62,701 nucleotides of DNA, taken from positions 8,749,509 to 8,812,209 of the forward strand of contig NC_068998.1 in NCBI RefSeq assembly GCF_001194135.2. The letters run 5' to 3'. The position numbers and the translations under genes were made by a program. The stretch is from Octopus bimaculoides. Its lineage: Eukaryota. Positions 24,961 to 37,837 of the stretch are shown here, piece after piece; the stretch's first letter is position 1, and every line of letters starts with the position of its first letter. The notes beneath the pieces are model-generated. The model was not told the DNA's origin, did no database searches, and worked only from the letters and a program-made list of their open reading frames with translations.

Positions 24961-26314
24961 CTTAGAACCGTGTTACTGGGAAACAAGTTTCTTACCACTT
25001 AACCACGTCTGCGCCTGTATCAAATATCATCAAGAGTTATTCATTAGTTAATTGTTTTCTTTTTCTTTTTTAAATTTTTGTCGTTTTTTTTTTTTTGTTT
25101 GTTTGGTTGGCTTTGTTTTGTTTTTCCAGATAAACTTCATATTTGTAAATTTCGACATTACTATGGTTTTTATTCCTCGGGGTTTGATCTATTTAATCAA
25201 TGCTATTTAGCCATTATGTAATTATGTAATTATATAATTATGCAATTATGCATTTATATATTATGCAATTATGTAAAGAAATACTAACTGAATAGAAAAC
25301 ACTTTTTTTTAAATTTTCATTGTCTGTTTTCAGAAATAAGTTAATTTAATTAGTATTAGTTTGGGTTCAATGATATTTTCATTTTTTNNNNNNNNNNNNN
25401 NNNNNNNNNNNNNNNNNNNNNNNNNNNNNNNNNNNNNNNNNNNNNNNNNNNNNNNNNNNNNNNNNNNNNNNNNNNNNNNNNNNNNNNNNNNNNNNNNNNN
25501 NNNNNNNNNNNNNNNNNNNNNNNNNNNNNNNNNNNNNNNNNNNNNNNNNNNNNNNNNNNNNNNNNNNNNNNNNNNNNNNNNNNNNNNNNNNNNNNNNNNN
25601 NNNNNNNNNNNNNNNNNNNNNNNNNNNNNNNNNNNNNNNNNNNNNNNNNNNNNNNNNNNNNNNNNNNNNNNNNNNNNNNNNNNNNNNNNNNNNNNNNNNN
25701 NNNNNNNNNNNNNNNNNNNNNNNNNNNNNNNNNNNNNNNNNNNNNNNNNNNNNNNNNNNNNNNNNNNNNNNNNNNNNNNNNNNNNNNNNNNNNNNNNNNN
25801 NNNNNNNNNNNNNNNNNNNNNNNNNNNNNNNNNNNNNNNNNNNNNNNNNNNNNNNNNNNNNNNNNNNNNNNNNNNNNNNNNNNNNNNNNNNNNNNNNNNN
25901 NNNNNNNNNNNNNNNNNNNNNNNNNNNNNNNNNNNNNNNNNNNNNNNNNNNNNNNNNNNNNNNNNNNNNNNNNNNNNNNNNNNNNNNNNNNNNNNNNNNN
26001 NNNNNNNNNNNNNNNNNNNNNNNNNNNNNNNNNNNNNNNNCTCTCTCTCACCCTCTCTCTTTCGTTCTCTTGCTCTCTCCCTCTCTCCCTCTCCTTCTCC
26101 CTCTCTCTCTCTTCCTGCATTTCTAGGACTTCGGGAACAGAAATTTAGCATTTTCAGTCTCCCTGCCTCTTGCCTAATTGTTTTTGTTTCTGCACCCAAA
26201 ACAGGGACACAGCTCCGAAATATCTCTGTTGTTTTCGAAAGGTCTGTCAGTGCTTTCAAGTCCATACTCATCCCTCCAAACATATAGCTTTTGGTCACCG
26301 ACACTGAGTACTTC

Positions 26315-26388
26315 ACAAGATGAGGACAAACATCCGTCAAATGTAAATAATGTACATAATTCCTCACCTCTTAAATATAGAACTGTAT
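26315..26388 (+). mobile_element. Second copy of the repeat end found at 21192-21383
   Basis: CAAGATGAGGACAAACATCCGTCAAATGTAAATAATGTACATAATTCCTCACCTCTTAAATATAGAACTGT. Confidence 0.85.
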
Positions 26389-26464
26389 TAAAATCCAAAC
26401 ATTCTAAAATCCTAAAATTCTGACATTCTCGATAGGCAAAATGTATGTTTGTGTGTGTATTATG

Positions 26465-26852
26465 AACGGTAGAGTTGACCTCGGTGGATTTTTTAAATCA
26501 AAACTTTAAAGCCGGACGAAACACGGCCAAACAACTTTTGACACGTGTTAACTATTCAGCCAGTTCACCGCCTATTATGTATCGAAGAATAATGGTAACG
26601 TTTTCTTCAATTCATAATGGGTTTTCATTGACATAAAAACCACAGTGACTCGTTGAGAACTTCAGTAAATATTAGTTTCAAGTTTTGGCACAAAGCCAGC
26701 AATTTCGGGGAACGGCCTCAGTCGATTACATCGACCCCCAGTGTCCAGTTCCCAAAAGGATGTACAGCAAAGTTGGCCTCGGAGTAACTTGAACTCAGAT
26801 TGTAAAGACGGACGAAATCCCACGCGCTAAATAATCAGCCAGCTCGCCGCCC
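26465..26852 (-). mobile_element. Two SINE family A copies within an old tandem duplication
   Basis: Heads end at about 26572 and 26852; each is followed by a homologous unique flank. Confidence 0.78.
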
Positions 26853-28599
26853 ATTATGTATTAAGGAATAATGTTTTCGTCATCACAGATACGTTTTCAT
26901 TGACAATAAAACCACAGTCACTCTTTGAGTACTTCAATAGATATTAAGAAAATAAAATTAGTGTCGCTTCAAATGATAATAATTTAGGCTTTATATTATC
27001 ATTATTTTGTTCTTTTTGTCATTTTCTAAAATTCATTTATTCATTCAAATCTGCTGCAGACAAAATAAAATTTCTATTGTGAAGTATTTTCGTGTATTTT
27101 TTATTTATTTTATTTATTCACTTATTTATTTATTTGTATATTTATTTATTTATTTCATATTGTTTGTTATAGCACAGCGGTCATGAAGTTACAATTCCAT
27201 TCCGGACTTCTAAATCAATTGACGTATTGGCCAAATTTAATGGTCCAATCAGCTACCTAATTGAAAACTTACTATTCTTTGTTTCGATGGCATGGTGACA
27301 AAAGCAAAACAAACAAAAAAAAAATTAAAAATAAAATAAATTATTTTTCAATGTCTCAATCAGAAAGAGCCACACACGGACAGACAGATAAACAGACAAA
27401 CAGATAGATAGACAGACAGACAGACAAAAACAAATTTACAAAGTAAATTCACGAAAGAGCAAAACTTATTATCTGTTGTGTAGCAAAATTAAATCATACA
27501 AACTAACTGAATATTAGCCAATTTACTGTCTCTAGTGAAAAGCATTCATCATTTACTAGTGAAGGTAGTGCAAGTTACTATCAATTATTTATACTTTAAA
27601 TATAGACACGTACGAACACAGACAGATATCAACGTATGCGTGGTTGAGTGCGGAATGAGACAAATGGGTGCTGATGTTTAGACGCTGGCAATTTGGCACG
27701 GCTGATTGGACATAGGGGCTTGTTTTAGCGGCAGTACTTTTTTTTTTTTTGATAGTGCAGGAGGCAAACACAGACAAACACATATGTGCACAGAAATGTA
27801 CACATAGAGAAGAAATATTGAAACTAGGAGAAAGATTTTACAGTTTATCAACTGAAAACCGTTGACATGAGCACTCTCTATCACCTCATACAGATAAAAA
27901 GAAATATGCCCGCACACATAAATAGAGGGAGAGCAAGGGAGAGAGGGAAAGGAAGAGAATGAGAGAAGCATTAAGATGTCAAATAAGACAGCGTCAAATC
28001 AGCGACGCCAAATAACTGGCGCCAAAATGAGTCTACCAAAACATCTAATACTCGAGAGGCATAGTTGAATGGTTAAAGAAGCTTGCTTTGTTATCTTGAG
28101 GGCTCGATTTCTATTCAGCTGCGTTATACCTCAGGTTAGTGTAATAAACATACGCACTGATTCTATTTCACTTCTTTATTATTATCAACTACTTAGCCAA
28201 TTACAAATCGACTACTTGATTAATCGTTCAGCCAATCAATCGATCAGAGTTGTCAAAGTCCTTTCATCGCCATTCATGACCTCATCAATGACACGCCGTT
28301 TATATTCATGAGAAGCTGTTTAGTATAAAGTTCGAAAGGTTACGAAAACAGAACGTATATCATGTGGTTCCAGGTTGTGACTGCCAACAATAAGATTGGA
28401 ACCCATATCATTTTGTGGTAAGATTTCCACCAATCAACCACTTAACCACCTACAAGATCTTTCATTACAAAACATCACTTAGGTATCATTCACCACAACA
28501 TCTCAATTTAGAAGACTTAACATTCTGTTTCCCTGCAAATTTTGTTTCCTTTCACAGATAGCCTCGTTACCAATGTTCTTTCTTCCACAATTGCTCTCT

Positions 28600-28602
28600 C
28601 TA

Positions 28603-28644
<42 letters not shown>

Positions 28645-30360
28645 TTATAAATATAAGTATATATGTATCTAGCTCTTCCTCTCTCTCTCTCTCTCCCTTT
28701 CTCTCCCCCTCTCTCATTACCTATTTAATTATATCTCCCCTATGCCTCTTTCTCTCTCACCTTCACTCTTTCTATCTCCTTCTACGCCTCCCACCCTCCC
28801 TCTCTTTCTCTCTCTCCATCGTTTCCTCTCTCCCTCATCTCTTTCTCCCCACCTCTCATATTTTCACCATCCTTCTATTCTTCTTACCCCTATAACGCTC
28901 TGTCTATTTCCATTTCGTTGGCTCTCTCCGTTTTTCTTCTTTCTTTCTCACATTTTCAGTCACCTTTCGTACTTTCTCCTTTTCAATTATCTTTACCTTC
29001 ACTTCATCTTATCCGTTCTAAACCTCTCAGCATCCACTTCAGTACACTACTGTGATTATTCCTCTCTACGTCTCTCTACTAGTCAGCATGTCTTTCTCTC
29101 TCTAACTACTTCATGCATGTTTATACTTTCCTCTGTAGTTTTCACACTGAGCTATTCAATCACCACCTCAATGTCTATCTATCCATCTATCTATTTACAT
29201 CTATCGCTTTCTGTCACTCTATCAATCTACTTCATGCATATGTATATGTGCCACGTATAGTTATCACTTAATGCTACACAATCTTCACTGCTCGATCTAT
29301 CTCTCTATCAATCTATCTATCTGCCTGTATGTATGTATGTATGTATGTATGTATGTCTATCTCTCAATCTATCTATCTTTTTATCTGCGTGCGTCTACTT
29401 CGCACATGTATGTCAAAGGTTTTCACTTTGTACTTGTCAATATCCACTTCTGTGCCTTTCTATCTATCAATCAATGTATCTATCTGTCTATCTATCTGTC
29501 TATCTATCTATCTCTCTATCAATCAATCTATCTACCTATCTATGTGTCTGTCTTTCTGCATGTATGTATGTATGTCTATCAATCTATCTATCTATCTATC
29601 TTTATCTGTGTGTCTACTTCGCACATATATGTCATAGTTTTCACTTTGTACTTGTCAATACCCACTTCTGTGCCTTTCTATCTATCTATCTGTCTATCTA
29701 TCGATCTATCGATCTCTATTTGTCTCTAGGTATCTATCTCTACCTCTCTATTCATTTGTCTATGTATCTACTTCATAAGTTTGCATATCCATCATCTGTA
29801 GTTTTCACATTGTGCCATCCAATTTCCATCCTTCTCTCATTCTCTCTCTTTCGCTCTATCTCTCTCACACACACACACCCACACACTCTCTCTCTCTCTC
29901 TCTCTTTCTCTCTATCACTTTGTCTCTATCTCTTTTTCTCTCTTTCTGTCACACATTCTCCCTCTCTCTCTCTCCCTCTCTTAGTTTATTTATCTACCAG
30001 TCTATCTATCTAATCTGTCTATCTAATCTATCTATCTATCTATCGATCGATCGACCGATCTGTCTGTCTAATTATCTCCCTCTCTAAATACCTATCTATT
30101 TATCTCCCTACCTCTCGTTAATTTTGTGTTAAGTTTCTCAACTTTTCTGTATCACTACCTCGTTGGCACACTCCACATCCACTTACATTCCTCACACCTC
30201 ATCCCTCTCTCTCTCTCTATTCTCTCCTCCTCATACGCATTATTCACTCATTCACTAACACCCTCCCCTTCCCTCCCTCCTCCCCTCTCTCTTTCCCTCT
30301 CCCTCCTCACTCCCCTCCTCTCTCTCTCTCGCTCGCCTTCACACTATTCCCTCTCTTACG
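28600..30360. repeat. 1.7-kb pyrimidine-rich tract, (CT)n/(TCTA)n with embedded minisatellite
   Basis: Strong C+T skew on the plus strand; read directly. Confidence 0.9.
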
Positions 30361-30848
30361 CACAAAAACAACCACACATAAAATTCTTCAATCAGATTGC
30401 ATGTTTATCCTTTGAAACTACCTGTTAGCCAGCATCTATCAATATCAGTTAGCTGTCACAACGCTTCGCAAATCGGTCCTTAGATGTGTGTCCCCTATAA
30501 TTAGCGTGGCAAAGGACCAAGTAGTTCCCTCACAGTTCCATTTTCTTCGGCACGGCTCTATACATCTGACCCATTAGATAACCGTGTTTATTAAATACTA
30601 ACTGACAGGTTTTCACATCATCAAACAACACTTGTTGCTCTTCCAGAGACCCCTCTGAAATCTATCATCATTACAACTAGGGTCCGCTACTATTATTACT
30701 GCTTCTGCTGCTGATGCAGAGACGGCGACGGCGCGGGAGGAGACGGCGGTTGCTGTTATTATTGCCCAAACATTTATCATTAACTTTCCTACTTAATATT
30801 CTTTCATTCATTTCTCACTAATTGAAGCATATAAGGATGTGTGAGTGT

Positions 30849-30896
<48 letters not shown>

Positions 30897-31234
30897 AAGG
30901 TGAGTGTGTGTATACATGCATGTACACATACACACACATATAGAGAGATAGGTTGACAGATAAATAGATAGATAGATAGATAGACAGATAGATAGACAGA
31001 TAGATAAATAGATAGACAGATAGATAGATAGACGGATAGATAGATAGATACATAGACATACAAGTAAAGTTGACCTCAGCGAGAGTTGATCTCAAAATAT
31101 AAAGAGTTAAAGCAAAAATCGCATAGTAATGTTACTGGTGGTCTAAAAATTTTTGTCACGCCATCACTTGTTCCCTTAAAGACACTAAGTGAAAACTTGA
31201 GGAAAGTAGGTAGAATTGATAACATACGACAAGG

Positions 31235-31380
31235 AATTGTCTAGCTCTTTATTTTACCAACTCCAGGAAATAAAAGAGAAAAAAAATCAACAAGGTCAAG
31301 CTTGGCAAGGATTTGAACTTAGATTGCAATGGAGTATAACTAAAGATCACGAAGTACTTTGCTCAACGCGACGCCAGCCT
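31235..31380 (-). mobile_element. Highly diverged SINE family A
   Basis: AAGGTCAAGCTTGGCAAGGATTTGAACTTAG (B-box on minus). Confidence 0.55.
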
Positions 31381-32514
31381 ATCAGAGTTTAAGCACAAAC
31401 TGGCCTTTCTATTAAAATAATAATCTAATTTCAACAATGTTTAATTTAAATATAAACACCTGCATCAGGTGTGCACAAAATTCTAAATATTCTTTTTTTT
31501 TTTTTTTTTTTTTTTTTTNNNNNNNNNNNNNNNNNNNNNNNNNNNNNNNNNNNNNNNNNNNNNNNNNNNNNNNNNNNNNNNNNNNNNNNNNNNNNNNNNN
31601 NNNNNNNNNNNNNNNNNNNNNNNNNNNNNNNNNNNNNNNNNNNNNNNNNNNNNNNNNNNNNNNNNNNNNNNNNNNNNNNNNNNNNNNNNNNNNNNNNNNN
31701 NNNNNNNNNNNNNNNNNNNNNNNNNNNNNNNNNNNNNNNNNNNNNNNNNNNNNNNNNNNNNNNNNNNNNNNNNNNNNNNNNNNNNNNNNNNNNNNNNNNN
31801 NNNNNNNNNNNNNNNNNNNNNNNNNNNNNNNNNNNNNNNNNNNNNNNNNNNNNNNNNNNNNNNNNNNNNNNNNNNNNNNNNNNNNNNNNNNNNNNNNNNN
31901 NNNNNNNNNNNNNNNNNNNNNNNNNNNNNNNNNNNNNNNNNNNNNNNNNNNNNNNNNNNNNNNNNNNNNNNNNNNNNNNNNNNNNNNNNNNNNNNNNNNN
32001 NNNNNNNNNNNNNNNNNNNNNNNNNNNNNNNNNNNNNNNNNNNNNNNNNNNNNNNNNNNNNNNNNNNNNNNNNNNNNNNNNNNNNNNNNNNNNNNNNNNN
32101 NNNNNNNNNNNNNNNNNNNNNNNNNNNNNNNNNNNNNNNNNNNNNNNNNNNNNNNNNNNNNNNNNNNNNNNNNNNNNNNNNNNNNNNNNNNNNNNNNNNN
32201 NNNNNNNNNNNNNNNNNNNNNNNNNNNNNNNNNNNNNNNNNNNNNNNNNNNNNNNNNNNNNNNNNNNNNNNNNNNNNNNNNNNNNNNNNNNNNNNNNNNN
32301 NNNNNNNNNNNNNNTGCTAGAAAGAGGTCATCAACGACCCAACCACAAAGAAAAATAATGTTCGCCTGAAAAAAATTCAGCAAACACCGGAACATAAGCG
32401 GGCAAATGAAAAATATACAAAAATATAACTAGAACCAAGGTTTTTTCATTGAAATTTTAACATCAGCTACATATATAGTCAAGCCATACCTGAACAAGCA
32501 AGAAAAAAACACGA

Positions 32515-32690
32515 AAAAACAACAATGCGAGGACGTGGAATAAATACAGTGTTATTGAACGCTCAGGAAAGGAAAGAAAAGAAAGAGGATTTCACGTTTC
32601 GAGCGAAGTTCTTCATCAGAGATATAGAATAAGTCCAAAGTAGGGAAGACGGAGAAAGAAAATCGCCAACGATACATATGCGATCACATA
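32515..32690 (-). mobile_element. Penelope-type repeat end carrying a degenerate hammerhead core
   Basis: Minus strand CTGATGA-A-GAAC-TTC-GCTC-GAAACGT at 32619-32594. Confidence 0.5.
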
Positions 32691-32725
32691 TTACCTTTGT
32701 ATATACGTGTGTGTGTGTGAGTATA

Positions 32726-32779
<54 letters not shown>

Positions 32780-33409
32780 TGTATATATTCATACACACGG
32801 ATGGAAACATATGTATAGAGAGGGAGGTGTCTGTCTGTGTGTGCATCCGTGCGTGGGAGCATGCATCCGTGCGTGGGAGCATGCATGCGTGCGTGCGTGC
32901 GTGGGTGTTTGGAAGTGGAATCATTACAGAGTGGTTAAGAATTTCGCTTTGCAACCACTGGAGTTGATGTAATCGACTTAGTCCACCAAAATTTCTGGGT
33001 TTTCTGCCAAAATTTCAAACCAGTATGCGACGGCTTTGATGTAATTTTCACAATGCAGTTTAGGTGATACGCATCTTACGTGATACATCACACATGTGAC
33101 GTAACGTACGTACTTGATGTACTTTTCATATGTAAGGTGTAATTAGGTTTCAATATGTGACTCACGTAATGAAAATGATGTAATGTTTAATTTTTTGATG
33201 AATACTGGCGTGTAACTGGTGTGACGTGACGTGTGAGTAACTTCTAATATGTCACGTGCATTGTGTAAATTTAGATTACGAAACTTTCGTGTTAAAACAT
33301 GAAAAAATCTAATTGTCTTTTTTTTTTCCTCCCTTCATATACATTAATTACAATTTTCCAGCACGCTTTAATCTTCAGAGAGACTGAAAGAGATAGAGAG
33401 GAGACAGAC

Positions 33410-33742
33410 GTGATGACGACGGCGATGATGATGATAACGATGATGATGATGATGATGATGATGATGCCGATGACAATGATGTGCTGGAGGAGGACAAGGA
33501 GGTGGAAGGAGAGGATGACGACGACGACGATGATGATGATGCGTTACAAACAGGTGACAAGTCTCTAGAAAAGATGAAACTGATACGTGTGCTATGTATG
33601 CATACCTATTATTTTCATTATTATTATTATCATCATTATTATTATTATTCATTATCATTTCTATTATTATTCTTATTATTATTAATGTTATTATTATTAT
33701 TATCATCATTATCATTATTATTACTATTATTATTATTATTAA
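33410..33742. repeat. (GAT/GAC/GAG)n followed by (ATT)n microsatellites
   Basis: Read directly. Confidence 0.93.
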
Positions 33743-33866
33743 TTTTATCGAACATATTAAAGATATCTGAGCTAATTTTAGAGAGTGTGAACGTCTAAAT
33801 TCACTGATGAAGTACGCTGATTAAATCGTAATTTGAAACTAATTAGAAAACGAGGAGAGAGAAGCG

Positions 33867-33904
<38 letters not shown>

Positions 33905-34009
33905 CATTCATATACATATATATACATATATACATTTATATATACATATATGTATGTGTATGTAAGTATATGTACATATACACGTATATATATATATACA
34001 CAAACATCC

Positions 34010-34045
<36 letters not shown>

Positions 34046-34166
34046 AGCATATACATATATATATAAATATTCATACATATACATACATATATACATAAAT
34101 ATTCATACATATACATACATATATACGTATATTCATATACATATACATACATATATACGTATATTC

Positions 34167-34211
<45 letters not shown>

Positions 34212-34746
34212 TATACACACACATACACACAGAGAGAAACACACACACGCACACTCAAATTTTAATGAATTAAAGTGACATCCACATACTTGTGAGATCA
34301 TTACTTCGATGGTGCTAATATTAACGTCGTAATTCTAATTTTATTTCCACATCTACCTACGGGTGTCAAACGAAGATATTGAAGCGAACACACGACAAAA
34401 ACCGATAAGAAAGTCAGATAAGCCAATAAACAAAAATAAAATAAATAGTTGAAACAAAATAATTAGATAAATAAACGACGTGTTTCATATCGAATTAATG
34501 GCTGTTTTCCCGCTGTTCCTATTGAACTGCTAACTGCAGAGGCTGTATTAAATAGAAAACGTTCTGTTATTCGCGTTCCAGCTTTCTCTTCTTGTTCTTT
34601 ATTGTTTTGTAGTTGGCTGTTAAATTTTGTTTATCTTAAATGGTAAAATGTGAAAGATAGCCATATTGGTTTTATCAGACGTAAACAATCTAACACCGGT
34701 TGTCGAGTGTTGGAAGGCAAACACAAAAGACATACCAAAGACTCAC

Positions 34747-34821
<75 letters not shown>

Positions 34822-34873
34822 AAGATGGATAGATAGATAGATAGATACATACATACATACATACATACATACA

Positions 34874-34908
<35 letters not shown>

Positions 34909-34964
34909 ATATATGCATACGTGTTTATATCTATATATATATATATCTATGTGTATATACCGTT

Positions 34965-35260
34965 TATATATTTGTTTTGCAAGATTTTTGATGTGAAATC
35001 GTGTGTTGAAACATGTTGTATTTGGGGATGGTCATATTGCCAATTGAGCCAATAAAAACACACGCACTGTATATTTGGTGTTAATTTGCTTCAGCTATAT
35101 ATTACATTACATTAATCCTATTTCGGCCAGAGTTCTTTCGTCACACGTCTGTGACCTCATCAGTGGTCCTTTGCTTTCTTCTTTCTTATACGTGTCCCAC
35201 CTTGCTAACTATCAGCCATTTTGTATACAAAATGGAAGGATAAGTAGAAAGTTATAAACA
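34965..35260 (-). mobile_element. Repeat bearing a hammerhead ribozyme (PLE pLTR-like or retrozyme-like)
   Basis: Non-coding block between microsatellites that contains the motif at 35125-35169; boundaries approximate. Confidence 0.5.
35125..35169 (-). ncRNA. Minimal type I hammerhead ribozyme motif
   Basis: 5'-GGACCA CUGAUGA G GUCACA-GACG-UGUGAC GAAA GAA CUC/UGGCC-3': both core boxes exact, perfect 6-bp stem II, CUC triplet, stem I ACC/UGG plus GG/CC, 2-bp stem III. Confidence 0.72.
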
Positions 35261-35291
35261 CTAACAGATACACACACACACACACACACAA

Positions 35292-35325
<34 letters not shown>

Positions 35326-35330
<5 letters not shown>

Positions 35331-35937
35331 GGGATTCTGGCAGTCTCCGTTTACATGATATACTAATATAACATAGTCAGCCCCAAATTATGACGCTGCA
35401 AAGCGAGCGTCTTCACTACGCAGCCATGCCAGTGTTAGGCTCTCGTCTTTTTCTTTCTTTGGCGTCCAAAACTTCATCTGCACTTCTTTGTTTGTTGGCT
35501 TTTATATTTCCACGATTTTCAAGTATGGGCTTTGATTGTCTGTTCCGCCTAGAGTACAGGCGTGTGGTGCATGCTCGTCAGATTTTCATTTTCACACAAA
35601 ATGACAGAACGCACAGAACAGAGCCATTACATCAAAATGTTGCCAAAAGATTGGGGATTCTCAAGCTCAAAACATCCCGAGGATTCAGCAGGTTTTGGGC
35701 GCTGATGCAATGGTCAAGACTCAGATCAAGGAGTGGTACAACAGCTTCAGACATGATGGCACCTCAGTGGAGAACTAGGCAAACCATCTGCAAGGCGAAG
35801 TGAGGAACCGATTTAGGAGGTTCGGTGAAGAGACTTGGAAGTTCGTTGTGTGACAATCCAATAAATTACTCACAAAGCATGCGGAAAGTGTTGACGACGA
35901 AATAAAGTCGGATACTTTTTTGAACAAACTTTGTGTA
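35326..35937 (+). mobile_element. Internally deleted mariner (Tc1/mariner) transposon with transposase N-terminus
   Basis: ATG at 35601: MTERTEQSHYIK, frameshift, CQKIGDSQAQNIPRIQQVLGADAMVKTQIKEWYNSFRHDGTSVEN, then GKPSARRSEE (mariner HTH and GRP motif). Right TIR-like AAAGTCGGATACTTTTTTGAACAAACTTTGTGTA at 35904-35937. Confidence 0.88.
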
Positions 35938-36157
35938 GTTTGAAAAGTGAGCCGCATAACCGCTCAAGCATATAAACAACAAGTTTTAAAACTAAATTAA
36001 TCAACTTCAAAATTAACAGATCTTTGTAAGTATGTAGACAGCTTCAAAAGTTTTAAACAAAATCTCGTGATAACAACACCAACAAAAACAACAAAAACCA
36101 CCACCACAACAACAACAATAATAATAACAAAGATGATTATAATAACAATAATAATAT

Positions 36158-36197
<40 letters not shown>

Positions 36198-36632
36198 TAA
36201 TCAAAGTCTTGATATATGAGATATACATAGCAGATCAAAGCAAAATTACTTCGTATTTTAAAAATTTCTCCGAGTTATTTTGTGTTGAAATAACATTATT
36301 GTGATTGAGTGGTAGTTAACCAATATTTCCACAGGGCATCACTTTTTAAAGAATATCTTTGATCCAAACTACTAAACATTATATATACATTCTCTTCAGA
36401 TTCTTTTGTCTATACATTTTCAATACTAATTGCCTCCTATACAAACGACAGTCCGACAGAAGCCCACCCAGTAGGAGGTGGTGGGCGGGCTGTTCACTTA
36501 ATTGCTACTGTCACCAAAATATATTGTAATATATATATATATATATATACATTACAAACACATATGAAAGTAATAATGGCCGGAACGCACTAAATTTTTA
36601 TTTGTGTATGAATGCGTGACATGTACTTTCAA

Positions 36633-36680
<48 letters not shown>

Positions 36681-36907
36681 TGTGTTTGTACGCATGTATG
36701 TATATATGTGTGCATAAACATGTATATATATATATATATATATATATATGCGTGTGGGGGGGGTGTACGTATGCATGTATATGTGTGTGCATAAACATGT
36801 ATATATATTTGTAGATACAGTCATATTGATTATACGTTCTCACATGTATATAGATTATATACTTATAAGCATATATATATATATACATATATATGTATAT
36901 GTATACA

Positions 36908-36975
<68 letters not shown>

Positions 36976-37482
36976 TGCATTCGTTTATATGTATATAGGT
37001 ATATAAATATAAGTATACATATACATATATGCATACATATATATATACACATACATACATATATACACATACATATACATACATACACATACATATACAT
37101 ACATACATACATACATATACTGACTTACATCAAAACAATTGAGAAGAGACAAAGTACGTAGTTTACATTCGTTAAGAATCAGTGAGAAAGAAACAAAGTT
37201 ACTGTGAATATGTAAGCTGCAGAGTGGGAGGCGGAGATGATTGTTCACATGTATTCAAACATCAAATGGAAAGATTAGATCGAGCAACAGAAACTCAGTG
37301 AGTTTTATAGTTAAGATTTAAATCATTAAGTTTCCATTAAGTTTCTTTGTTTTATCACAAAGTTTTGCAACTTGAAATATCAAATCAAGCAAGTGTGCTA
37401 TCGAATTGTTCTCAACTACACACACACACACAAACACAAATTCACCGCACGCACGCACACATGTACAGACGTATATATATAC

Positions 37483-37513
<31 letters not shown>

Positions 37514-37589
37514 TGTATACATATATATATATACACGCATTAATATGCAAATATACATGCATATATTTTGAGTAAAAAATATATACACG

Positions 37590-37607
37590 CAAGCGTATAT
37601 AAATACA

Positions 37608-37700
<93 letters not shown>
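37590..37700. repeat. Long pure (TA)n
   Basis: Read directly. Confidence 0.97.
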
Positions 37701-37704
<4 letters not shown>

Positions 37705-37837
37705 TCATGTATTTTTATACACTTCAGTGTATATATAAATACATAAATATATATATGCGTATATATATGTGTGTGTATGTATATATATATACATACACAT
37801 GTACGTGTGTATACATACATACATATGAATATGTAAA

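Noticed and set aside
28374-28417. 44-nt AG/GTAAGA-bounded candidate exon (VVTANNKIG, FN3-like)
   Set aside because: Too short, with a weak acceptor and no neighbouring exons.
33410-33552. Acidic D/E-rich ORF ending at a CAG|GT
   Set aside because: It is a GAT/GAC microsatellite with an in-frame stop just upstream and no credible acceptor.
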